Part shown: piece after piece, positions 1 through 9,133 of the stretch
How positions within the stretch are numbered: the first letter of the stretch is position 1
Layout of the letters: the number at the start of each line of letters is the position of its first letter
Assembly: GCA_944389435.1 (NCBI GenBank)
Contig: CALXMI010000037.1
Location: 1-42,145, forward strand
Origin: an uncultured Opitutales bacterium
GTDB lineage: Bacteria > Verrucomicrobiota > Verrucomicrobiia > Opitutales > UBA9783
Direction of reading: 5' to 3'
DNA length: 42,145 nucleotides
Notes under the pieces: model-generated
What the model was told of the DNA's origin: nothing
Databases searched by the model: none
The model's input: the letters and a program-made list of their open reading frames with translations, nothing else
Position numbers and translations under genes: made by a program

Positions 1-957
1 CGTGAGAAATACGAAACGGACTTCCCGGAATTAGCCGAAAGCAAAAAGGTTGAGTGGACTGTTACCTACGGTAAGGAAAGCAAGACTATCAATAATCCCG
101 GCTCGGATAAGGTGTATGAAATCAAGGCGGAAATCGAAAAATCCAAAAAATTTATTGACGGTATCAAAAAAGGAAAATCCGATGCCGACAAGAACCCCGA
201 ATGTATCGTTAAGCCGCGTGTCAAGATGCAAAGCAAGGGTGAAGTAATTCCTTTGTCATCCTACAAGGAGTTTTGCACAACCTTTGCAGACGCACATAAA
301 AGCGATAAGGCTATTGTCCTCCTCCCGTCTTCGGACGGGAGGCTCTACCAGATGCGAAACACGCCCGTTGGAACTTTTACGGCTCAGGTGGATTATCTGC
401 CCGAGTTTGAGGCGGTAAATCCCGGCTTTCAAATGACCGTTCCGAAAATTCCGATGTCGCTTTTGCTGTTCATCTGGGACTTCTTTGCGGGACTTTCCGA
501 AAGATACCGGTTAGAGGCTCTGGTGCACATCCTTTTTGATACAAAGCGAAACAAATACACCGTTCGGATACCAAAACAAAAACTAACCCATACAAGCGTT
601 GATTCGGTTATGGACGAAGAATATCCCGAACATATGATTCATGTAATGGATATCCATTCCCATAATACGATGCCGGCGCACTTTTCCTCTGTTGACGATG
701 AGGACGAAAAGCCCACGCGGTTATATGCCGTTATGGGGAGACTGGATAAGGTATTACCTGAAATTACGGTAAGAGCCAGCTGCGGCGGAAAGTTTATTCC
801 GGTAGACCCTGCAGATGTGTTCGATACCAAATCCACCTCTTTCCCCCATCCTACAGTCTGGGACGAAAAGATCGAGTTACCCGAACCCACAGATGTTTTA
901 GCTCTGCCCGCACCAAAACCGCAAAGAAGATTTTGGCGTATGGGAGCAAGATTATGA
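1..957 (+). CDS. JAB/MPN metalloprotease (PRTRC protein A-like) with a probable N-terminal ubiquitin-like domain; 5'-truncated by the window
   Basis: Frame is open from base 1 (REKYETDFPELAESKKVEWTV...). JAB motif E...DIHSHNTMPAHFSSVDDEDE (HxH-x7-S-x2-D). Confidence 0.85.
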   Translation, partial: REKYETDFPELAESKKVEWTVTYGKESKTINNPGSDKVYEIKAEIEKSKKFIDGIKKGKSDADKNPECIVKPRVKMQSKGEVIPLSSYKEFCTTFADAHKSDKAIVLLPSSDGRLYQMRNTPVGTFTAQVDYLPEFEAVNPGFQMTVPKIPMSLLLFIWDFFAGLSERYRLEALVHILFDTKRNKYTVRIPKQKLTHTSVDSVMDEEYPEHMIHVMDIHSHNTMPAHFSSVDDEDEKPTRLYAVMGRLDKVLPEITVRASCGGKFIPVDPADVFDTKSTSFPHPTVWDEKIELPEPTDVLALPAPKPQRRFWRMGARL

Positions 958-1733
958 GATATTCAAGTACTGCTCCCGTTAAAATCGTTGTCATAGGCGC
1001 AGGCGGAACGGGCGGATATGTAATACCCCACCTTTACCGACTGGGCTATGCTTCGCACCGATATATCAGAATTATCGTATGCGACGGCGATGTGGTTGAA
1101 GAGAAAAACCTTATCCGACAAAATTTTATAGAGCAGGATATCGGTAGAAACAAAGCTCAGGTACAAGCGGAGCGATATTCCGCCGCTTTTGGTATCGAGT
1201 GCGAGTATAAGCCGGATTTCATCGAAAACGATAATGAGCTTCTCGAATTGACCTCTCCCGATTTCTTTGCAAGACCTAATTCCGGAGTGCCTGAAACACA
1301 AAAGGTTATTCTGCTCGGATGCGTAGATAACAACAAATCACGGCAGATGTGCAACCGTGTTTTCAACCGGCAAAAGGATTTAATCTACATTGATTCGGGG
1401 AACGGCGAGCATACAGGACAGGTTGTATGCGGCGTAAGGCAGAACGGAAGAACCACATACAAGCCGGTAGCCTCTCTCTATCCTGATGTTCTTAAAGAGG
1501 AAGATAAATTCCCCTCGGAACTATCCTGTGCTGAAAGAACCGTATCTGCTCCGCAGTCGGTTACTGCAAATCTTACTGCTGCTACCGCAGTTGTGGGATT
1601 TTTGTATGACCTTCTGATTGTAGGAGAGCTTAATACCCGGTATGTTACCTTTTCATCCAAGCAAATTAATATGCGCGCGGAAATGACGAAAAAACGCAAA
1701 ACAAATAAAAAATCCACTAACAGAAAGGACTAA
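954..1733 (+). CDS. ThiF/E1-like adenylyltransferase (PRTRC ThiF family)
   Basis: GAGGTGG, DGDVVEEKNLIRQNF, GCVDNNKSR, DSGNG and LSCAE motifs; ATGA overlap with the JAB stop. Confidence 0.9.
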   Translation: MRYSSTAPVKIVVIGAGGTGGYVIPHLYRLGYASHRYIRIIVCDGDVVEEKNLIRQNFIEQDIGRNKAQVQAERYSAAFGIECEYKPDFIENDNELLELTSPDFFARPNSGVPETQKVILLGCVDNNKSRQMCNRVFNRQKDLIYIDSGNGEHTGQVVCGVRQNGRTTYKPVASLYPDVLKEEDKFPSELSCAERTVSAPQSVTANLTAATAVVGFLYDLLIVGELNTRYVTFSSKQINMRAEMTKKRKTNKKSTNRKD

Positions 1734-1738
1734 ATCAA

Positions 1739-1966
1739 ATGGAAGTACGCAATCTTGTAATCTCTTTTGACAAGCATAATTGCCGAATCGGCGGACAAAA
1801 AGGCACACTTAAAACCGTAAACATTGTGGAAACTCTGCCAAACGGTAAAAAGAAGACCGTTCATTCGGATATTCACTTTCAGTCCCGTGAAACAGAGCAG
1901 GGATATAAGAACCTGTTAAAGCTCCTTAAAATGCCCGTAAAGGACTCAAAAAGGAGGGCTGCTTAA
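1739..1966 (+). CDS. Hypothetical protein (ends KRRAA)
   Basis: RBS gaaagga, operonic spacing. Confidence 0.7.
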   Translation: MEVRNLVISFDKHNCRIGGQKGTLKTVNIVETLPNGKKKTVHSDIHFQSRETEQGYKNLLKLLKMPVKDSKRRAA

Positions 1967-2391
1967 TGGGACGCGGGTATTGGTTGCCGCCTCAGCACGA
2001 CAAATTGACCGCCTCAGACGGTTTTTATGTAGATAGCTCGGCGGTGTATACTGACGATATTTCTGCGGGCTGGGACAGGCTGCTTGAATCGGTATCTAAA
2101 AGACTTATGTTAAAAGAGAAAACCTTTAACAAGCTTTGCAACTGGAAATCCTGCGGTTTAGGACAGAACTATTTTGTTCTTGTCTATAACCGCCATGTAG
2201 AGATTATCGCAGAAGACGCAGACGGATATGTGGCTGTATATGCCATTATTCCCGAAGACTGCGAGGCTCCCGGCTTTGCAAAGCGTTCCTTCCCGCGATA
2301 TCTTTCATTGCTCAAAGAAACACTGACCGAATTATATCCCGGAGCCGTATCCAAACGGATAAACTCCCAGCATATCAAAAAGGTCGGATAA
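1966..2391 (+). CDS. Hypothetical protein
   Basis: RBS ggagg; TAATG overlap with the upstream gene. Confidence 0.75.
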   Translation: MGRGYWLPPQHDKLTASDGFYVDSSAVYTDDISAGWDRLLESVSKRLMLKEKTFNKLCNWKSCGLGQNYFVLVYNRHVEIIAEDADGYVAVYAIIPEDCEAPGFAKRSFPRYLSLLKETLTELYPGAVSKRINSQHIKKVG

Positions 2392-2398
2392 ATCCTTT

Positions 2399-2425
2399 AG
2401 ACTGCATTCAGTTGCGGTCTTTTTT
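2399..2425 (+). terminator. Probable intrinsic terminator/attenuator
   Basis: agactgca-loop-tgcggtct hairpin followed by a T run. Confidence 0.55.
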
Positions 2426-2438
2426 ATTGGAGGAAATC

Positions 2439-3497
2439 ATGTTAATTGACTTTGAATGTTTAACAATCGAAATCACAAGGCGCTGCGGTATGAAATGTGC
2501 CCATTGTATGCGCGGAGACGCCCAAGATGTTCTGATGGACTATAATGCTATTCAAACACTTTGCAAAAAGACAGGATGCATAAAACATCTAAATATTACG
2601 GGCGGCGAGCCTTCATTGGCTCCTGATGCACTTAAATATCTGTTGTTTTATCTTAAAAGCTACAACTGCAGAATCGGTGAGTTTTTCTGTGCAACAAATG
2701 CACAGGAATATTCAAAAGAATTTGCAGACGCTTTGACAGATTTATACTACTATTGCGAACACCCCGAATTATGTATGCTGACAATAAGCATTGACCAATT
2801 CCATTCTGCCGCCGATCCTCTGGCACTGCAGGAATATAGGAAACTTCCCTTTTATAATCCTATCAACGAAAAAGGCACTATTCCTAAGAGCAATATCCTG
2901 GATGAAGGCCGAGCAAACGATAACGGGATCGGAATGTTTTCTATGCCGATAAGCCCGTATATTTTTGATGTGCAATTAGACGGCTGCAGATTAAAGGTTG
3001 GAGACAGATTATATATCAATGCCTTCGGCGATGTTCTTTTGGATGCAGATATGAGTTATTCTATACAGGAAAACGAAAGCATCGGCAATATATTATCGCA
3101 ATCGTTGGGTGAAATCATAATAGCAAACACATATAGAATTCCGGACCATTGGCATAATCCGCCCGAAAAAGAAATGTACTGCCTTCATATAATTGCCGAT
3201 AACGATATTTTCGTAAAGGGAGTTTTTGAAGACAGAAAATTCTTTTCTACCGACAAAGATGTCTCTGTGGCATATCATCAAATTATTCACAACATACATA
3301 TGACGCCTATAAATCCCGAAATTGGTAAAGTTCCTGACGGACTAAAGCTCGTTACGGAGCGATTGGAGGAGGATACCGTCAGATGTATCGGAACAAAAAT
3401 CAATTATGTTGTGCCGGGTGAAGCCAAACAAAAATCCGTAATGATTGAGGTTCTTCGCTGTCCGTTAGGAGGTAGTGTGGATGACTGGCTCAGATGA
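2439..3497 (+). CDS. Radical SAM protein (no evident SPASM domain)
   Basis: CGMKCAHC (CxxxCxxC), ITGGEP, ISID; RBS ggagg before ATG 2439. Confidence 0.85.
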   Translation: MLIDFECLTIEITRRCGMKCAHCMRGDAQDVLMDYNAIQTLCKKTGCIKHLNITGGEPSLAPDALKYLLFYLKSYNCRIGEFFCATNAQEYSKEFADALTDLYYYCEHPELCMLTISIDQFHSAADPLALQEYRKLPFYNPINEKGTIPKSNILDEGRANDNGIGMFSMPISPYIFDVQLDGCRLKVGDRLYINAFGDVLLDADMSYSIQENESIGNILSQSLGEIIIANTYRIPDHWHNPPEKEMYCLHIIADNDIFVKGVFEDRKFFSTDKDVSVAYHQIIHNIHMTPINPEIGKVPDGLKLVTERLEEDTVRCIGTKINYVVPGEAKQKSVMIEVLRCPLGGSVDDWLR

Positions 3498-4875
3498 ACA
3501 GCAGCAAACCGCTTTTTGCCTGAAAGAAATCGCAGAATCAAAAACTCTTATTTTAAACCTATCTGCGGGGTTTCCTAAAATCCGGGCTGCTTATGAAAAG
3601 TACAAAGGCACAGGGCTAAAGCGTGAGTATGACTCTCTGGTTGATCTCAGGCGGGCTGTAAAACGCTTATTAGAAGAATTTCCCGCGTTGGTACTGCGGC
3701 TTAACGAGTACGGAGACAGCGAACTCTCAAAGACTACAGAAAGGCTGTACGGTGTCCTTAAAAAGTTTAACTACATAGGGACCGCCGATTACTCCAAACT
3801 TTGTATGGCTTTGGAAAGCTTTGCGAACGGTTTGCCGACCGCAGACCATAACATAAATACTGCAAAGCTCGCACACCTTATGAACCGTGCCCGTATGGGT
3901 TACTTTCCAACGGATTTATCTCACGTAAAAATGCTTAAAGACGCCATTGTATTTCCCGGAGAACCCGTGAACCTTATTGATCCTTGCTGCGGCGAAGGAA
4001 TTGCCTTGCAAGCCTTTTCAAAAGGTATACAGGCCAGAACCTACGGTATAGAAATTGACGAGGTGCGCGGCGAAGAAGCAGGACGGCGACTTCAGCGTGT
4101 CGGCTTCGGCAGTTTCTTTTATTCAAGGATAAGTCTTAATGCTTTTCAAGGCTTGTGGCTTAATCCACCGTATCTTTCTGTCCCCTCCGAAAACGGAACC
4201 AGAAGACTTGAAAAAAGTTTTCTTGCCGACAGTATGAGGCTTTTACAGGTCGGCGGAATTATGATCTACATTATTCCGTATTATCGGGCAACGCCCGATG
4301 TATGCCGTGTGCTTTGTGAAAATTTTACGGATTTACGGGTACATAAATTCATCGGTAAGGAATTTGAGCGTTTCAAGCAGGTCGCTATTATCGGCAGAAG
4401 AATTGAGCGGCGCGAAGCAGAAAAAATGGCTAAAAAGCTATCCGAATATATGCTTGACGCCGACAAAATACCGCCAATCACAGATTTGCCGAAGGACTGT
4501 TATGAGATGCCTGCGGCAACAAAAAAAGTCGAGCTGTTCAAAGGCGCCGTTTTTAATGTATCGGAGCTTGCAGAGCAGTTAAAGAAATCTCCGAGCACCC
4601 AACGATTATTCGAGGATCGCACCTTAGACAACCGTAAACTAAGCCCCCTTCTTCCCCTTAATCTATCACAGGTAGGACTTGTGGGAGCAAGCGGAATGAT
4701 GAACGGACTTGTCGAATGCGATACCCCTCATATTATCAAGGGTCGCATTGTTAAGGAGAAAAAAACAAAAATCGGAGTCGAAGATGATAAAGGCAAGACA
4801 GCTATTCGTGAAATCACATCAAATAGGCTTATTTTTAATGTATTAACACCAACCGGGCTAAAATCGCTCGGCTAA
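3475..4875 (+). CDS. SAM-dependent amino-methyltransferase (DUF6094-like, probable DNA MTase)
   Basis: GYFPT, DPCCGEG (motif I), YGIEID, LNPPY (motif IV). Confidence 0.85.
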   Translation: MWMTGSDEQQQTAFCLKEIAESKTLILNLSAGFPKIRAAYEKYKGTGLKREYDSLVDLRRAVKRLLEEFPALVLRLNEYGDSELSKTTERLYGVLKKFNYIGTADYSKLCMALESFANGLPTADHNINTAKLAHLMNRARMGYFPTDLSHVKMLKDAIVFPGEPVNLIDPCCGEGIALQAFSKGIQARTYGIEIDEVRGEEAGRRLQRVGFGSFFYSRISLNAFQGLWLNPPYLSVPSENGTRRLEKSFLADSMRLLQVGGIMIYIIPYYRATPDVCRVLCENFTDLRVHKFIGKEFERFKQVAIIGRRIERREAEKMAKKLSEYMLDADKIPPITDLPKDCYEMPAATKKVELFKGAVFNVSELAEQLKKSPSTQRLFEDRTLDNRKLSPLLPLNLSQVGLVGASGMMNGLVECDTPHIIKGRIVKEKKTKIGVEDDKGKTAIREITSNRLIFNVLTPTGLKSLG

Positions 4876-4902
4876 TTAAATCACTGAAAAGAGGACAAAA
4901 CA

Positions 4903-5439
4903 ATGTTAAAACAACAACCCCGAATTCTTACCGCGACAGAATCTGCCTTTGCGGCAAAGCACTTTACGCAGGTCTACTCATTTCTCAATGAAAACAATCT
5001 GTCAGAGGACGATTATTACGATTCTGCTATAAACGGCTTTTTGAAAGCTGTGCAGGAATATAACACCTCTGCCGCCTTTGGCGACTTTAAAGAGTTTGCT
5101 GCGGCGTGTATGAAAGCAGAATGTGCCGCCTACAAAGAAAAGCTGAGCAGAACGCCGACCGTTCTCAGCATCAGCGAATGTTACAACAGTGCAAACGAGT
5201 TTGAGGATACTATCGCCGATGTTAAAAATACAATGGACGAAGCCATCTCTGCTATATGCTTGGAAGAAACAATGCAGTGCTTCGACGCTACCCAGCAGAG
5301 AATTGTTCATCTGTTAATGGAGGGCTATTCCAGAATGGATATTGCCGCTATACTTCAGATGAGCGTAACTGCGTTGTTTGATGAAATCCGCCTTATCCAG
5401 AATAAAGCAATGGCAAGTCCCCTGATGGCGGCTGCGTAA
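4903..5439 (+). CDS. Sigma-70 family alternative sigma factor-like protein
   Basis: Region 2-like DYYDSAINGFLKAVQEY; region 4-like HTH QQRIVHLLMEGYSRMDIAAILQMS. Confidence 0.7.
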   Translation: MLKQQPRILTATESAFAAKHFTQVYSFLNENNLSEDDYYDSAINGFLKAVQEYNTSAAFGDFKEFAAACMKAECAAYKEKLSRTPTVLSISECYNSANEFEDTIADVKNTMDEAISAICLEETMQCFDATQQRIVHLLMEGYSRMDIAAILQMSVTALFDEIRLIQNKAMASPLMAAA

Positions 5440-5462
5440 AAAATACCGAAAGGACAGAATTT

Positions 5463-5960
5463 ATGAATCGTATTAAATACTTATTTGCTAAAATCCGTCT
5501 TATTTTTACCGCTTGCAGAGCCAAGAGCGCTAAAGACCTTATGAACAAGGTTATTATAAGCTCCCGTGCAAAAAAGGAAGAAATCGACTACAGCTACGAA
5601 AACTTTCTTAAACGCTGTAAGCAGCAGGAAAAGGCGGCGGTTATGCTTAAACGGGCAAAGAAAGAAAATCCCGCCAGACCTTTTCTCAAGGTTGACCTCG
5701 GCATCGAGCATTTTAATGTTTCGGCTGTTGCGTCGAATTGGATTAACCGCCTTGATATTGAAAAAGCAATAACCCGACACCGATACGGTGACTGGGGCGA
5801 AGTGTCTGAACATCATTGGCTTTGCAATAACGAAGGCGTCAAAGATCCCTGCGGTATCATTAGATCCTGTTATTTATCCGCCGGTAACAGATATTTCTTT
5901 GTTGAGACGGACAAAGCCGCCAAAACAACAAATATATACTTAGGCGGTGAAGTTATATGA
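5463..5960 (+). CDS. Hypothetical mobile-element protein (RH-x2-GDWG motif)
   Basis: C-terminal RHRYGDWGEV...IRSCY...TTNIYL resembles small plasmid/ICE proteins; RBS gaaagga. Confidence 0.6.
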   Translation: MNRIKYLFAKIRLIFTACRAKSAKDLMNKVIISSRAKKEEIDYSYENFLKRCKQQEKAAVMLKRAKKENPARPFLKVDLGIEHFNVSAVASNWINRLDIEKAITRHRYGDWGEVSEHHWLCNNEGVKDPCGIIRSCYLSAGNRYFFVETDKAAKTTNIYLGGEVI

Positions 5961-6295
5961 GATATGAGCTTGATCTTGATTTGTTAAGGCGGAAGCTTTC
6001 GAGGGCGCGCCTGCAAAGAGAGAATCCTAAGTATCTGATAAAGCAACCGGAGGGCGAATTAGCGGAAAGTCTGAGCTATTTAATTGAAAATGTTCTGAAA
6101 CCGTTATTTGCCGGTGAGCAGATTCATTCTTCCGACCTTGATTTCAATGCTTTTGACGGCGGAGACATCACAGACCTATACGACTTCTATATGGAACACT
6201 ATTATGACGGAACAAGTGATTGGCAGCGCTTAGGTACGGTTTATAACCTATGTAAAAACGCTGTGCCGCTTACAAATACCGTCAGCTTCATATAG
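5957..6295 (+). CDS. Hypothetical protein
   Basis: ATGA overlap within the operon. Confidence 0.7.
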   Translation: MRYELDLDLLRRKLSRARLQRENPKYLIKQPEGELAESLSYLIENVLKPLFAGEQIHSSDLDFNAFDGGDITDLYDFYMEHYYDGTSDWQRLGTVYNLCKNAVPLTNTVSFI

Positions 6296-6304
6296 GAGGC
6301 ACTT

Positions 6305-6871
6305 ATGTTTGATAATATCAGAAACCTTGAAGGTATCATTGAATCGCTGAGGTTGGAAGAGGTAATGTTCAGGAATAACTCTAATTATACCGGAAACTTT
6401 CTGAACGCAGATGAATATTATATTCAGGCTTGGGAGGCTTTAGCAGAGTTGTCGGATGAATATGTGGAGATCGACTGGACCTACAGTGTTCTATATAAGT
6501 TCAGTTTTCCGGGAATGATTAAATTCTATGACTTATGTAAGGAACACAGCAGGCTTAATAAAATAAACTTCAAGAAAAATCCTTATGTGACAGCGGCTGA
6601 GGATTATGTCAGAACAGCCATTGATAACGCGTATGTCAGAAATATTGCCTGGAACTTATGGATTCCGAAGAAAATCGTAAAAAAGAAAAAATATATTTTC
6701 TTAATTGAAACAGGTTGTTATTTTGATGACTATATCGATATGCTCGACCTTTTATACGAGATACGCGATTATTATGACGCTCAAAGCAAAATTCTCGAAA
6801 AGGAACTGCACGGCAAAGTCAAGGTAATCAAGCTCCCCGCCGATAAAAAAGAAACGAGGAAAGCAGCATGA
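6305..6871 (+). CDS. Hypothetical protein (ends ETRKAA)
   Basis: RBS aggagg; overlaps the next start. Confidence 0.75.
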   Translation: MFDNIRNLEGIIESLRLEEVMFRNNSNYTGNFLNADEYYIQAWEALAELSDEYVEIDWTYSVLYKFSFPGMIKFYDLCKEHSRLNKINFKKNPYVTAAEDYVRTAIDNAYVRNIAWNLWIPKKIVKKKKYIFLIETGCYFDDYIDMLDLLYEIRDYYDAQSKILEKELHGKVKVIKLPADKKETRKAA

Positions 6872-7527
6872 TAAATGATGAAGTTGTAATCCACATCAAG
6901 GAAGACAAGTCTGTAAGGTTGGAGATAACCGAAAACGGCAAAACCCGAACCAAGCTGATAAGTCCCCAAACCCTATTTGATTGCATTAAGGGCAGTCTTT
7001 CAAGCACACCCGTAAAAGTAGCTTCCGGTCTGTTGCCTTCAAATATTATAAGCGTAACGGGCGACGAATCGGGTGCAAGATACGCTGTTGTTGAATATCC
7101 TTATAAAACCGCAGATATTACATATATGTCAACGGAATATAAGGATTTTCCGTTACCGAGACTTATTTTCGGATTTATGGTTGAAAGCAGCGGGCGTATA
7201 TCTCAGGTGAAGCTGGGAGTTCCTGATATCGGGAAATTAAAGCCTAACACCAAAATGTACTACTATCCTTTTTCAAATGTGAGCCATTTTTCTTTATGCA
7301 CGGGAACAAATGCGTTACCGAACATAAAAACGCTCCAAAGCCTTGAAAATCTACCAAGCTTCATCCTCTCTTTGCCCGACAACGACGACTACTATCAAGA
7401 TAGGAATACCAAGCTCAAATTGGGACATAGAGAATTGCTGGAGCATTTAAAGAATAAGGATAGACAGTATTATTATGACAATGTCCTGCTTCAAATGCCT
7501 AATGCAACCCTTAAAAACTTCTTATAA
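6868..7527 (+). CDS. Prokaryotic E2 family D protein (PRTRC protein B-like)
   Basis: PLPRLIF...YYYPFSNVSHFSLCTGTN (PFxNV-x4-LCxG, candidate active Cys); same operon as JAB and ThiF. Confidence 0.75.
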   Translation: MINDEVVIHIKEDKSVRLEITENGKTRTKLISPQTLFDCIKGSLSSTPVKVASGLLPSNIISVTGDESGARYAVVEYPYKTADITYMSTEYKDFPLPRLIFGFMVESSGRISQVKLGVPDIGKLKPNTKMYYYPFSNVSHFSLCTGTNALPNIKTLQSLENLPSFILSLPDNDDYYQDRNTKLKLGHRELLEHLKNKDRQYYYDNVLLQMPNATLKNFL

Positions 7528-7573
7528 CTATTTGAATGACGACGCTATGCGTCTTATTAAAGGAGGCAAATCA

Positions 7574-8476
7574 ATGACCGAAGAGCAAGCCAGATTGTTA
7601 GCATTACCATTTACCTTTGAGGAAATCGAATGGCGTGTACTCCGAGTCTCAAAAAAGAAACCCGTAGCACAGGTTGCCGCTTATGTCGATTCCCGTGCAA
7701 TACAAAAAAGGTTGGATGAGGTTGTCGGCCGTGAAAACTGGCAAAATGAATTTGTTACCGTTGCCGGAAATAAAAATGAAGAGACAACCCATATCTGTAA
7801 GCTGAGTATTTATTACAAAGATCGCGGTGAATGGATTACCAAAAGCGACGGAGCGGGATGCACCGATGTTGAACCCATTAAAGGCGGACTTTCCAATGCT
7901 TTTAAAAGATCTGCGTCTATGTGGGGTATCGGTCGCTATCTCTATGAGCTGAAAAATATATGGGCGGAAATTGATGAGTATAAGTGCATTAAAGAGCACG
8001 AATACCCTGAGCTTGAACGCAAATATAATCAGTTTTTGAAAAACCGTCAAAACGGTAAAGGACAGGCTCCGAAACAAACGGGTCAGAAAAATCAGACAAA
8101 GCCGGCTGCCGCACGGCAACCGTCCGTTTCCGGACAGCAGGCTCCCGTACAACCGCAAAATCAAGCACCTGCGCCGAATCTTCCGAACGGCAGGTTTTCA
8201 AATGCTCCTTCAGCACCCGCTGAAAACCCGCAGCCTGTACCGCAGATGAAAAGCAACGAGTGCAAGATAGTAGAGCTCAAGGTAACCAAGGGTGCCAAGT
8301 CCGAACAGACCTTTGTTGTTCTTGAAAACTGTCAAGGCAAGAAATTGCAGGCTTATATTCAAGGCACGCCTCAGTTATCTAACGGTCAGATCATCAGCAA
8401 CCCCAAAATTACAACAAAAAATCATCCGGTTGTCGGTGTTTATAACATCATCGAGAGCTATAACCTTGCGGCGTAA
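7574..8476 (+). CDS. Rad52/Rad22 (Sak-like) single-strand annealing protein
   Basis: AYVDSRAIQKRLDEVVGRENW, KSDGAG, KGGLSNAFKRSASMWGIGRYLY; Pro/Gln-rich linker; RBS aaggagg. Confidence 0.85.
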   Translation: MTEEQARLLALPFTFEEIEWRVLRVSKKKPVAQVAAYVDSRAIQKRLDEVVGRENWQNEFVTVAGNKNEETTHICKLSIYYKDRGEWITKSDGAGCTDVEPIKGGLSNAFKRSASMWGIGRYLYELKNIWAEIDEYKCIKEHEYPELERKYNQFLKNRQNGKGQAPKQTGQKNQTKPAAARQPSVSGQQAPVQPQNQAPAPNLPNGRFSNAPSAPAENPQPVPQMKSNECKIVELKVTKGAKSEQTFVVLENCQGKKLQAYIQGTPQLSNGQIISNPKITTKNHPVVGVYNIIESYNLAA

Positions 8477-8502
8477 TGCTAATTTGAAAGGACAAATCAA
8501 TC

Positions 8503-9120
8503 ATGAAGAAAGAAAACAAAATACTGTACCTTTTTGTAATAGGAATTATTACAGCCCTTGCTATCATTTCCGGCATCTTTGTCGGTATAAGTGATATTCT
8601 CGTAAACAACAGATACAGCTTTGTCACAATCATTTTTGCTGCCGCAACCGCCGCAGTATGCTGTATTGTCGGCTACCGCGACAGCCGCCTTAATGCTTCA
8701 TATTTTAAGCAGTATACCGATGCCTCGGAAGAAGCGGGCAAATACAAAGAGCGTATGATGAAGGTTGCAGAAGAACGGGATTCGCTTAAATCACAGCTTG
8801 AATACTACACCTCCGGCACTGTTAAGGAGGAATACGAAAGGCTTAAAAGCAAATGTGAAGCCATCGAAGCCTTCCGCAACAGCTTTCCGTATAAAATCGC
8901 AGACGGATATATTCTTTATAACATTATGAGAACTAACCTGCAGGTCGGCAAAGCAAGTACCTGGCAGATTGTCGGCGACTTTAACGGAGATTTATGGGAG
9001 TGCAGTATCGTGCGGCCGCATACACAGTCGTATAAGGAACTCCTTACCCTTGTAGCTTCCACCAAAGAACCTAATGAGGTAGGCGCACTTAACCAGAGCG
9101 AAACCTTACTGTGGGAATAA
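8503..9120 (+). CDS. Membrane protein with two N-terminal TM helices and a coiled coil
   Basis: Two hydrophobic stretches followed by a charged helical region. Confidence 0.75.
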   Translation: MKKENKILYLFVIGIITALAIISGIFVGISDILVNNRYSFVTIIFAAATAAVCCIVGYRDSRLNASYFKQYTDASEEAGKYKERMMKVAEERDSLKSQLEYYTSGTVKEEYERLKSKCEAIEAFRNSFPYKIADGYILYNIMRTNLQVGKASTWQIVGDFNGDLWECSIVRPHTQSYKELLTLVASTKEPNEVGALNQSETLLWE

Positions 9121-9133
9121 GGAGTGTGTCAAT

